Below are positions 38,115-46,846 of a stretch of DNA of 64,000 nt, piece after piece. The DNA is from Arthrobacter sp. (GTDB taxonomy: Bacteria > Actinomycetota > Actinomycetes > Actinomycetales > Micrococcaceae), in the NCBI GenBank assembly GCA_026393275.1, contig JAPLAM010000045.1, positions 74,795-138,794 on the forward strand, in the 5' to 3' direction. Positions within the stretch are counted from its first letter, which is position 1, and the number at the start of each line of letters is the position of its first letter. The notes under the pieces were generated by a model. It worked only from the letters and a program-made list of their open reading frames with translations. It was not told the origin of the DNA and searched no databases. Both the position numbers and the translations under genes were made by a program.

Positions 38115-38402
38115 TCAGGAATTCCGCAGAGCGGAGATCAGGTCGCTCTTCTTCTGGGCCGAATAGCCCCTGAGGCCGATCTCCTTGGCCTTTTCCTTAA
38201 GTTGCGGCACGGTCCAGTCCTCATAGTCTCCGGATTTGCCGCCCTTACGGCCCACGGAGGAGCGGCCGCGCTTGGCTGCGGCATTCGAAATGCGCGCTGC
38301 TTTCTGCTTCGAGGCGCCGTCCTTCAGCAGCGCTTCGTAGAGTTCGGGGTCTTTGATGCTGGGGCTCTCGGAACCCTGCGGCGCCCCCTTCTTCGCGGGC
38401 AT
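38115..38402 (-). CDS. Small basic protein with C-terminal Rho-N/HEH-like domain
   Basis: 'SIKDPELYEAL...GASKQKAARISN', 'WTVPQLKEKAKEIGLRGYSAQKKSDLISALR'. Confidence 0.85.
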   Translation of the reverse strand: MPAKKGAPQGSESPSIKDPELYEALLKDGASKQKAARISNAAAKRGRSSVGRKGGKSGDYEDWTVPQLKEKAKEIGLRGYSAQKKSDLISALRNS

Positions 38403-38404
38403 GG

Positions 38405-38917
38405 CTAGCGCGGCCCCTCGGCGGCGGGAGCGGCGGGGCCGACGTCGTCGACGTCGTTGACCTCGCCGCGGTCAACGGAGGAGCGCCACTCGCCGGTTTC
38501 GATGCCGCGGGCCTCGATGAACGACTTGAACCTGCCCAGGTCCGCGCTTACCTGACGGCCGTCCGCACCGACGGCGGAACCGGCCTTCTCCAGCACGCCC
38601 TCGGGCTCCCACTCGAGTTCGACGCTGACGCGGCTGCGCTCGGGGCCGAGGGACTCAAACGTGACGGTGCCGGCATTGCGGGGTTTGTCCGTGCTGACCC
38701 ACGGGATCCTGCGGTCCGGGGTCTGCTCGGTGATCTGGGCCAGGTACTCACGCCGCACTCCGGCAATGTCGGTGCGGAACTGGAGGGAGGTTTCGTCTAT
38801 CTGTTCCACGGCTTCGACCCCCTTCATGAACTCAGGGAAGGTCTCGAACTGGGTCCACTGGTTGTACGCGGTGGATACCGGGACATCGACTTCGATGCTT
38901 TCCTGCACGCTTGCCAC
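38405..38917 (-). CDS. SRPBCC (polyketide cyclase-like) protein
   Basis: 'SIEVDVPVSTAYNQWTQFETFPEFM.GV'; AGGAGA SD before GTG 38917. Confidence 0.9.
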   Translation of the reverse strand: MASVQESIEVDVPVSTAYNQWTQFETFPEFMKGVEAVEQIDETSLQFRTDIAGVRREYLAQITEQTPDRRIPWVSTDKPRNAGTVTFESLGPERSRVSVELEWEPEGVLEKAGSAVGADGRQVSADLGRFKSFIEARGIETGEWRSSVDRGEVNDVDDVGPAAPAAEGPR

Positions 38918-39073
38918 GGGGTGATCTCCTTCGGGGCGGGGACGCGGTCCAGCGGCAACCAATGGTGGCGCCGCGGCTTCAAAACTATCGGCGCCTGCCG
39001 GCCGTGACAAGCATTCACGTCTCGCGCCCAGAGTGGGGACCTTGATGTTGGCTTTGGTGAGCGCTGCATCCAA

Positions 39074-39619
39074 GGGACATGCCCTCCGGGTCGTCCCGCC
39101 ACTGGACATAGTGCCTATACGTCCACTCGCGGCGGCCAGGACTGGGCATGTCCCCCCCGGGCTGGTCTCGAAAATTGGGCATGTCCCCCCGGGCTGGTCT
39201 CGAAAATTGGGCATGTCCCACCGCGCCGGGAGAATCCACGGGACATGCACTCCGGATGGGGCCGCCACTGGACATAGTGCCTATATGTCCACGGACATAG
39301 TGCCTATATGTCCACGCGCGGCGGCCAGGACTGGGCATGTCCCCCCCGGGCTCGTCTCGAAAATTGGGCATGTCCCCCCGGGCTGGTCTCGAAAATTGGG
39401 CATGTCCCCCCGGGCTGGTCTCGAAAATTGGGCATGTCCCCCCGGGCTGGTCTCGAAAATTGGGCATGTCCCACCGCGCCGGGAGAATCCACGGGACATG
39501 CACTCCGGATGGGGCCGCCACTGGACATAGTGCCTATATGTCCACGCACTCCGGATGGGGCCGCCACTGGACATAGTGCCTATATGTCCACGCGCCGCGG
39601 CCAGGACTGGGCATGTCCC
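39074..39619. repeat. Repeat array 2: modular array of 32/33-bp units and 23-bp palindromes
   Basis: Six TGGGCATGTCCCCCC(C)GGGCTGGTCTCGAAAAT units; five TGGACATAGTGCCTATATGTCCA-type palindromes. Confidence 0.95.
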
Positions 39620-39712
39620 ACCGGGCCGGCAACGAGAACTGGGCCTTAACCACGGACGGCCGCCGGCGCGCCGCCCGACAGGGCAACGGACCGGCGGCCG
39701 CACGCAGTGGAA

Positions 39713-39991
39713 CTATTCGGCGTCGTGGTCCGTCTCGAGGATCTGGACGAGGCGGTCCAGAGCGGCGTCGGCGCCGTCACCGTCGGCACGCAGCACCACA
39801 ACCTCGCCGTGCGATGCGCCCAGGCTCATCAGCGACAGGATGCTCGCGGCGTCCATGGCCTCGTCCTCCGGTTCGCCGAGTCGCGCGATGGTGATGTCGA
39901 GATCGAACTCGCCTGCGGCCTCGGCAAAGATGGCGGCCGGGCGGGCATGCAGCCCAACGCGGCTGGCAATGGTGGCGTTACGTTCGGTCAT
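39713..39991 (-). CDS. ptsH: PTS phosphocarrier HPr
   Basis: GLHARPA; 'ASILSLMSLG'. Confidence 0.95.
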   Translation of the reverse strand: MTERNATIASRVGLHARPAAIFAEAAGEFDLDITIARLGEPEDEAMDAASILSLMSLGASHGEVVVLRADGDGADAALDRLVQILETDHDAE

Positions 39992-40050
39992 TTCTGCTCC
40001 TTGAATTCAGCTTTGGAATATCAGCTTGGGAAGGTCTGTCGCGGACCGGC

Positions 40051-42111
40051 TCAGACGGTTACGGGAACCGGTTCAACCGTATCAACGGTCTTCTTGACTG
40101 CCCAGCGCTTAAGTGCGATCACGGACAGGGCGGTGATGACGGTACCCACGGCGATCGAGACGACGAACATCAGGAAGTTGTCGATCGCGAAGAAGACGAA
40201 GAGCCCGCCGTGCGGAGCCTTGGATCCGACGCCCGCCGCCATCGAAATGGCGCCGGTCACGGCACCGCCGAGCATGCTGGCGGGGATGACGCGCAGCGGG
40301 TCGGCGGCGGCGAACGGGATGGCGCCTTCCGAGATGAAGGATGCTCCCAGCAGCCAGGCGGCCTTGCCGTTTTCACGCTCGGCCAGGCTGAAGCGCTGCT
40401 TGTCCAGCACCGTCGAAGCGAGGGCCATGGCCAGCGGCGGAACCATGCCGGCAGCCATCACCGCGGCCATGATCTGCCACGGCGCCTGGTTGTCCATGCT
40501 GGCGGCGCCGAGGCCGGCGACGGCGAAGGAGTAGGCCACCTTGTTGACCGGGCCGCCGAGGTCGAAGCACATCATCAGACCCAGGATCACGCCGAGGGCG
40601 ATCGCGCTGGCACCGGTGAGGCCGGACAACCAGCTGTTCAGGCCCTTGGTGATGGCGACGATCGGTCCGCCCAGGATCAGGAACATCAGGCCGGACGCAA
40701 CAAGCGAGGCCAGCAGCGGAATGATAACCACCGGCATCAGGCCGCGCAGCCAGCGGGCCACCTGGAGCCGCCCGATCACGAGGGCGATGTAACCGGCGAG
40801 CAGGCCGCCGACGATGCCGCCGAGGAAGCCGGCGCCCATGAATCCGGCGACGGCACCTGCGACGAAGCCCGGCGCGATGCCCGGCCGGTCAGCGATGCCG
40901 TAGGCGATGTAGCCGGCCAGCGCCGGCACCAGGAAGCCCAGTGACAGGGCGCCGATCTTGAACAGCACGGCACCGAGGTAGGCGCCGAGCGGACCCCAGG
41001 CGTTGTCCGGGAACTCGGTGGGCAGGTTGAAGAGGCTGTTCTGGACCACGATGGTGTCCGCGTACTTGGTGATCAGGTAGCCGCCCATGAGGAAGCCAAG
41101 GGCGATCAGCAGGCCGCCGCCGGCCACGAACGGGATCATGTAACTGACACCGGTGAGGAGCGCCTTCTTGAGTTTCTGGCCGATGTGCTCGCCCTTTTCC
41201 TCGGCGTCGTGCTGGGCCTGTTCCTCGGCGCCGAAGTGCGGCACGCGCCGGGCGTTGGGGTTGTCGGCCGCGGCAAGGGCCTCCTGGACCATCTTGTCCG
41301 GCTCGTCGATGCCCCGCTTGACCGGGGCGTTGATGACGGGCTTGCCGGCGAACCGCTCCTTGCCGCGCACATCGACGTCGACGGCGAAGATGACGGCGTC
41401 GGCCGCCGCGATCACGGCAGGGTCCAGAGCCTTCGTGCCGGAGGAGCCCTGGGTCTCCACCTGCAGGTCGACGCCCATTTCCTTGGCAGCCGCCACGAGG
41501 GAGTCGGCCGCCATGTAGGTGTGGGCAATGCCGGTGGGGCAGGCGGTGACGGCGACGAGCCGCTTGATGCGCGGAGCGCCGGCGCCAGCGGCACCGGTTG
41601 AACCGGCCATCACCGGCGCCGCGGGCGCGCTGGCTTCGGCCGGGGCGGCAGCGGCGGGTTTGTCCGCCAGGGCGCCTTCAACCAGTTCCACGACCTCAGC
41701 CGGGGTGGCTGCGGCCCGCAAGGCACCGGTGAAGTCCTTTTTGATCAGGGACCGGGCCAGCCTGGACAGCAGTTTAAGGTGCTCCTGGTCCGCGCCCTCG
41801 GGTGCGGCGATGAAGAAGACCAGGTCCGCCGGGCCGTCTTTGGCGCCGAAGTCGACCGGCTGGGACAGTCGGGCCATGGCCAGCGTCGGCTCCAGGACCG
41901 CCGTCGAACGGCAGTGCGGGATCGCGATGCCGCCCGGCACGCCGGTGGCGGTCTTCGACTCGCGGGCGAAGGCGTCGGCGAACAGCCCCTCGACTTCGGT
42001 AGCGCGTCCGTTGGCGGCAACTCTGCCCGCCAGATGCCGGATCACGTCTTCGGGCGAATTGCCTAGATTCTGGTCGAGCTCGACCAGATCGGTAGTAATG
42101 AGCTGAGTCAC
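40051..42111 (-). CDS. fruA: Fructose PTS EIIABC
   Basis: EIIA 'GIAIPHCRS', EIIB 'AVTACPTGIAHT', EIIC 'FDLGGPVNK', 'ISEGAIPFAA'. Confidence 0.94.
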   Translation of the reverse strand: MTQLITTDLVELDQNLGNSPEDVIRHLAGRVAANGRATEVEGLFADAFARESKTATGVPGGIAIPHCRSTAVLEPTLAMARLSQPVDFGAKDGPADLVFFIAAPEGADQEHLKLLSRLARSLIKKDFTGALRAAATPAEVVELVEGALADKPAAAAPAEASAPAAPVMAGSTGAAGAGAPRIKRLVAVTACPTGIAHTYMAADSLVAAAKEMGVDLQVETQGSSGTKALDPAVIAAADAVIFAVDVDVRGKERFAGKPVINAPVKRGIDEPDKMVQEALAAADNPNARRVPHFGAEEQAQHDAEEKGEHIGQKLKKALLTGVSYMIPFVAGGGLLIALGFLMGGYLITKYADTIVVQNSLFNLPTEFPDNAWGPLGAYLGAVLFKIGALSLGFLVPALAGYIAYGIADRPGIAPGFVAGAVAGFMGAGFLGGIVGGLLAGYIALVIGRLQVARWLRGLMPVVIIPLLASLVASGLMFLILGGPIVAITKGLNSWLSGLTGASAIALGVILGLMMCFDLGGPVNKVAYSFAVAGLGAASMDNQAPWQIMAAVMAAGMVPPLAMALASTVLDKQRFSLAERENGKAAWLLGASFISEGAIPFAAADPLRVIPASMLGGAVTGAISMAAGVGSKAPHGGLFVFFAIDNFLMFVVSIAVGTVITALSVIALKRWAVKKTVDTVEPVPVTV

Positions 42112-42113
42112 TT

Positions 42114-43103
42114 TCAATCCTTCTTCAGGGCCGTGATGGTAACGGCATCGGGGGTGGTTTGGTGGACTGCCGGGACAGTGGAGCCAGGCAGCGAGGCAGC
42201 GGCGGCACCGTGGGCCACCGCCTGACGCAGGCAATCGGCCGGGGCGGCGCCCTGGCCGGCGGCGAGCAGGTAGCCGGCCAGCGAGGAATCGCCGGCGCCG
42301 ACCGTGCTGACCGCCTTGACCGGCGGGTGCGTGGCCAGCCACGCGCCGTCGGCCGTTACAAGGACCGCACCCTTGGAACCGAGGGTGGCGAGTACGGCAC
42401 CCACTCCGGAACGCACGACGGCGGCGGCGGCTGCCGCGGCAGCCTCCGGATCGGCTTCGAGTTCCTCGGCGGACTTGTCCGTGGCGAATCCGGCTGCGGC
42501 AGCCAGTTCCGCCAGTTCCTCGGCATTGGGTTTGAGTAGATCCGGTTTCCCCAGGGCGTCCCCGGAGATCACGGCGGCGAGCGGTTCGCCGGAGGAGTCG
42601 ACGGCGATGAGGGGTACCTCGGTGCCGTCGTCGTGCAGGGAGCGCAGCCGCCGGGTGACGGTTGCGTAGAAGTCGGCCGGAACTCCGGGCGGGAGCGAGC
42701 CGGCCAGGACCACCCAGCTGGCACCGCGGGCGGAATCCAGCAGCAGCTCGATCAGGGCCTCCTGCTGCTCGGCGCTCAGGACGGGCCCGGGCTCGTTGAT
42801 CTTGGTGGTGACGCCCCCGGGCTCCGTGAGCGCCATGTTGCTGCGCAGGGCCTCGCCGATCGGCAGGGCCGCGAAGGGTACGTCGGTGTCCCGCAGCCCG
42901 GCGAGGACGGGGTCCGCTTCGCCGCCCGGCAGGACGGCCAGGGTTTTCATCCCGGAGGCCACGAGGGCGCGGGAGACGTTGACGCCCTTGCCGCCGGACT
43001 CCTGCCGGACAGAAATGGCGCGTTGGACTTCCCCGCGGAGCAGCGGGCCGGGTAGTGCCACTGTGCGGTCCAGGCTGGGGTTGGCGGTGAAGGTGACGAT
43101 CAT
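42114..43103 (-). CDS. fruK: 1-phosphofructokinase family hexose kinase
   Basis: 'TANPSLD', 'GGKGVNVS', 'KPNAEEL', 'STVGAGDS'. Confidence 0.92.
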   Translation of the reverse strand: MIVTFTANPSLDRTVALPGPLLRGEVQRAISVRQESGGKGVNVSRALVASGMKTLAVLPGGEADPVLAGLRDTDVPFAALPIGEALRSNMALTEPGGVTTKINEPGPVLSAEQQEALIELLLDSARGASWVVLAGSLPPGVPADFYATVTRRLRSLHDDGTEVPLIAVDSSGEPLAAVISGDALGKPDLLKPNAEELAELAAAAGFATDKSAEELEADPEAAAAAAAAVVRSGVGAVLATLGSKGAVLVTADGAWLATHPPVKAVSTVGAGDSSLAGYLLAAGQGAAPADCLRQAVAHGAAAASLPGSTVPAVHQTTPDAVTITALKKD

Positions 43104-43918
43104 ACGACCACCACCTCGACTCCCGCTTCCGCGAGGGCCGCGGCCAGGGCCGGGCTGGGATTCGTGTCTGTGATCACGGTGTCCAGATCTTTCAGGGAGG
43201 CGAACTGGACCAGCGTTTCCGCGTCCAGCTTGGAGGAATCAGCCAGCACCACGATGCGGCGCGCTGAAAGGACGAAGGCGGCCTTGACGGCTGCTTCTTC
43301 AGGATCGGGAGTGCTCAGCCCGAAGGCTGCAGAAATGCCGTTGGTGCCGACGAACGCGATGTCCGGCCGGATCCGCCGGGCGGCTTCCACGGTGGACTGC
43401 CCGACGGCGGCTTGGGTCAGTCCGCGGACTCTGCCGCCGAGCAGGTGGAGGGCAATGCCCTGCTCGCCGGACAGCTTTGCAGCGATGGGCAGTGCGTGGG
43501 TGATGACGACGAGTTCGCCGTCGCCCGCGGCGCCACCCGCGTTCGCGGCTCCGCCGCCTGCCGAGGAGCGGGCGGCGAGCAGTTCCGCGAGGGCCTCGGT
43601 GGTGGAGCCGGCGTCGATCAGGATGCTGCCGGAACGGCCCTGCGGGATGAGGGCGAGGGCCGCCTCGGCAATCCGGGACTTTTCGGACTGCCGCTGCACG
43701 GTGCGCTCGAGGATGCTTTCTTCCGTGGTGCTGAAGCGCTCCGGCGAAACGGCGCCCCCATGGACCCGGCGGACGGTGCCGGCGGTCTCGAGGGCGACCA
43801 GGTCGCGGCGGACAGTTTCGGTGGTGATGCTGAAGCGCTCGGCGAGGTCGGTGACGCTGGCCCGACCGCTGGCGGCGACGAGCTCCACGATCAGTTGCTG
43901 GCGTTCCTCGGCGAACAC
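43100..43918 (-). CDS. fruR: DeoR/GlpR-family regulator
   Basis: 'TTETVRRDL..LE', 'RVHGGA', 'DAGST', 'ADSSK'. Confidence 0.9.
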   Translation of the reverse strand: MFAEERQQLIVELVAASGRASVTDLAERFSITTETVRRDLVALETAGTVRRVHGGAVSPERFSTTEESILERTVQRQSEKSRIAEAALALIPQGRSGSILIDAGSTTEALAELLAARSSAGGGAANAGGAAGDGELVVITHALPIAAKLSGEQGIALHLLGGRVRGLTQAAVGQSTVEAARRIRPDIAFVGTNGISAAFGLSTPDPEEAAVKAAFVLSARRIVVLADSSKLDAETLVQFASLKDLDTVITDTNPSPALAAALAEAGVEVVVV

Positions 43919-44039
43919 TTGCCCTCCATTGCGACGGTTAGTTCGGTGGTGCTACTTCGGGTGTTACTGCGTGGTGCGTGCCCCGGCTTCGATGCCGCGA
44001 GTCTCGGTGACTCCGATCACATCGAAGTGGAATTGATTG

Positions 44040-44069
44040 ACTTTATCTTTGTTCATGTGGCTTTGTCAA
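44040..44069 (-). promoter_or_regulatory. sigmaA promoter of the fru operon TTGACA-N18-TAAAGT
   Basis: Direct near-consensus match on the minus strand. Confidence 0.8.
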
Positions 44070-44107
44070 CGAAAAACAACAAGAACGCAGAATTGGGCTA
44101 TTCGTTG

Positions 44108-44284
44108 GGGGACATCCCCATCCTTGGTGCCCGCGGTTCGCTGGACATGCCCGTTGCTGGGCTTGGGCGTGGGACATGTCCAGAGGCGGTGCTGCCCAGT
44201 GTGGGACATGCCCAGTCCTTGAGCTCAGGAGTGGACACTTCGGGCCCATGTCCTTTGGTCAGGCCGGGGGTTGGGCATGTCCCC
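44108..44284. repeat. Repeat array 3: degenerate copies of the GGACATG/CATGTCC core
   Basis: Cores at 44108, 44143, 44171, 44203, 44271; 44203-44218 is the exact reverse complement of GGACTGGGCATGTCCC in array 2. Confidence 0.75.
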
Positions 44285-44416
44285 TGGTTGCGCGGAGCCG
44301 GGCGCGCCGGGAAGAAGCCTGGGAAGTGGCAGGTTAAACGGCCGACGCCGGGCCAGGCCTGAGCGGCCCGGCCCGGCGTTCGGGTCGGTTGGATGGCGCA
44401 GTGCTGCGCCACGGGA

Positions 44417-44680
44417 TCAGATTCCGGCGTCGCGGCTCTCGTTGCGGGTGATGGTCTCGCCGGTGTTGGGGTCGACGACGGAGCGGGTTTCGCTGACCCG
44501 GCGGGTGCGGCTGCGGCCGGGGGAGGCCAGGATCAGGGATGCGACCAGTCCGATGACGCCGACCACCATGAGGATGTAGCCGATCATGGTCTGGTCGACG
44601 TTCGGGATCAGGCCGGGCGTGATGGCCCAGGCGAGGATGGCGCCGAGGGCGATGAGGAAAATGGAGGAACCGATTCTCAT
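44417..44680 (-). CDS. Small 2-TM protein (DUF6458-like)
   Basis: 'MRIGSSIFLIALGAILAWA......IGYILMVVGVIGL'; AAGGAG SD. Confidence 0.8.
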   Translation of the reverse strand: MRIGSSIFLIALGAILAWAITPGLIPNVDQTMIGYILMVVGVIGLVASLILASPGRSRTRRVSETRSVVDPNTGETITRNESRDAGI

Positions 44681-44901
44681 GACTTGCTCCTTGTTGTCCG
44701 GTGGGACCGATGGGTATTGCTAAGCATGCTGTCCACCGTCACGCTACAGCCCGGTACATGTCGTTTCAACGATTTTGGCGCAGGCCCGCCGTAAATTCAC
44801 TCCGTTGTGACCTGGCCCGCCCGGTGCCGCTCAGCTTCCGCGGGGTTTCGGACGTGCTCGGCGGGCGGACGCCCCCGCCGCCCGATGGCTAGGCTGGCTC
44901 C

Positions 44902-45519
44902 ATGGAGACTGTCGTCTGGTCGAAGCCGGAGCATCAGCGTGCCGGCACGCCGCTGCTGGTGATGCTGCACGGCTACGGCACGGACGAAGCCCGGATGGCG
45001 GAACTGTTCGGCAGCCTGCCGCCCGAGTTCACCTGCGCCGCCCTCCGCGGCCCCAAGGTGATCGGCGACCACTACGGCTGGTTCCTGCTGGACTACTTCC
45101 TCACCCACGACTTCGCGGACGTCGTCTCCGCCACGAATTCGGCTTTCGCCCGGATCGAGGCGGTCAAAGCACGGCACAGCAGCGTCAGCCTGCTGGGTTA
45201 CTCCCAGGGCATGGCGATGGCCAGCACGTTGCTTCGGCTGCGGCCGGAGGCGTTCCGCGCGGTGGTCGGGCTGTCGGGCTTCGTGCTGGACAACGAACTG
45301 CTGGCCATGAGCGAGTCCTTCGACGCGCCGCCCCCGTTCTTCTGGGGGCGGGACAAGCAGGACCTCGTGATCAACGACGCCGCGACGGCACACACCGAGG
45401 AGTGGCTGCACCGCAACACGCAACTCACGGCACGGAGCTACCCCGGCATGGGCCACTCGATCTCCCCGGCGGAGCTTGTGGATGTGAGCGCCTTCCTGCG
45501 CCACTACGTGCTGCGCTGA
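44902..45519 (+). CDS. Alpha/beta hydrolase (phospholipase/carboxylesterase family)
   Basis: LHGYG, GYSQG nucleophile, 'D.VI', 'GMGHSI'; leaderless TAGGCT-N6-ATG. Confidence 0.9.
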   Translation: METVVWSKPEHQRAGTPLLVMLHGYGTDEARMAELFGSLPPEFTCAALRGPKVIGDHYGWFLLDYFLTHDFADVVSATNSAFARIEAVKARHSSVSLLGYSQGMAMASTLLRLRPEAFRAVVGLSGFVLDNELLAMSESFDAPPPFFWGRDKQDLVINDAATAHTEEWLHRNTQLTARSYPGMGHSISPAELVDVSAFLRHYVLR

Positions 45520-45579
45520 ACTGGCTCCGACGCCGGCCGTGCCCGACCCGGCGGACCATGCCGCGCGGCAACCGGCCCC

Positions 45580-45609
45580 TTGCGCACGGAATTTGTAAGC
45601 GCTTACACT
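45580..45609 (+). promoter_or_regulatory. Promoter TTGCGC-N18-TACACT overlapped by perfect LacI-type operator TGTAAGCGCTTACA (45594-45607)
   Basis: 14-bp perfect palindrome with central CG. Confidence 0.75.
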
Positions 45610-46011
45610 TTATTTTGGCCAATTTGATCGGCCCACTACTGCAGGGGGAAGAAAGGTCTAGGCCCGTGTTGCATGGCTGAGGCTCCCCGCGTGACCGTCC
45701 CGGACGTAGCCGCCGTTCCCGCGGTCAGCTGGCCGCCCGGCCTGAAGGCGATTGCCCAGCGGGCCGCCGGTCAAGGACCGTTCGCGACCGACCATCCGAT
45801 CGGGGGACTCCGCCGGCAGGAGTTTCCGCTTTCCGCGCCAACCACCCGCTCGAAATCAGGCTGGTGGCGCGCGGGAGCACCCGCCGCCGCTGATGCCCGC
45901 CGACGCCCGGAACGGCGCCCGTCGCTTCGACGCTGCGCCCATTGCGCCCTCGACCGCCCACCGCTTCCCCGCCACCGTCTGCACTCCACCGTCTGAGAGG
46001 ACATTCGATCC

Positions 46012-46758
46012 ATGACTGAGATTTCCAACGGCACCGCCCGCGCCGCCGGCGTGCTGTCCGGCGCGTCCGCCATCCTGTTTGACCTCGACGGCGTGCTGAC
46101 CCCCACCGCGGTGGTGCACGAGCGCGCCTGGCAGGAGCTCTTCGACGGCTTCCTTAAAGGTGTGCCCGAGGCGCCGCACTACCGCGGGAGCGATTACTTC
46201 GACCACATCGACGGCAAGCCCCGCTTCGACGGCGTCCGCGACTTCCTGGCCTCGCGGGACATCGTCCTGCCCGAGGGCCCGGCTGACGACGATCCGGCCC
46301 ACGACACCGTCCACGGCCTCGGCAACCGCAAGAACAAAGTTTTCAACGATATTGTCGCGGCCGGCGGCGTAGAGCCGTATGAAGGTTCCGTCCGCTTCAT
46401 AGAGGCTGCACTCAAGCGCGGACTCAAGCTCGCCGTCGTCTCCTCCTCCCGGAACGCCGTCCCGGTACTCAAAGCCGCCGGACTCTCGGACTATTTCCCG
46501 GTGGTGGTCGACGGCGTCGTCGCGGTGTCCGAGGGCCTGCCCGGCAAGCCCAGCCCGGCCACCTACCAGTACGCCGCCCGCTTGCTGGGCCTTCCCAGTG
46601 AAGAGTGCGTCGTCGTCGAAGATGCCGTCTCCGGTGTCCAGGCTGGAAGCGCGGGGAGCTTCCACTCGGTCATCGGAGTGGACCGCGGAGCGGGCCGGAC
46701 AACCCTGCTCGACGCCGGCGCCACGATTGTGGTCAACGACCTGGCCGAACTGCTCTAG
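46012..46758 (+). CDS. HAD hydrolase, beta-phosphoglucomutase family
   Basis: DLDGV, SSSRNA, GKPSP, VEDA..GV. Confidence 0.9.
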   Translation: MTEISNGTARAAGVLSGASAILFDLDGVLTPTAVVHERAWQELFDGFLKGVPEAPHYRGSDYFDHIDGKPRFDGVRDFLASRDIVLPEGPADDDPAHDTVHGLGNRKNKVFNDIVAAGGVEPYEGSVRFIEAALKRGLKLAVVSSSRNAVPVLKAAGLSDYFPVVVDGVVAVSEGLPGKPSPATYQYAARLLGLPSEECVVVEDAVSGVQAGSAGSFHSVIGVDRGAGRTTLLDAGATIVVNDLAELL

Positions 46759-46846
46759 CCGCCAGCCGGCCACCGCACCGCGCAAACCGCACCACGCAAA
46801 CCGCAGCACCCACCCGCACAACCCTCACCGCCAAAGGACCCCAACC

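Noticed and set aside
39143-39154. Core GGGCATGTCC matches the eukaryotic p53 half-site
   Set aside because: Coincidental; no relevance in a bacterial chromosome.
29220-39703. ORFs over the arrays (29220-29924 set, 39015-39703 set) and the 38405-39268 extension of SRPBCC
   Set aside because: Translations of nucleotide repeats with no SD or family signal; SRPBCC has a good SD at GTG 38917.
29348-44284. Repeat arrays as CRISPR arrays
   Set aside because: Inter-repeat sequences are themselves repeated, not unique spacers; periods are irregular; no cas genes in the window.
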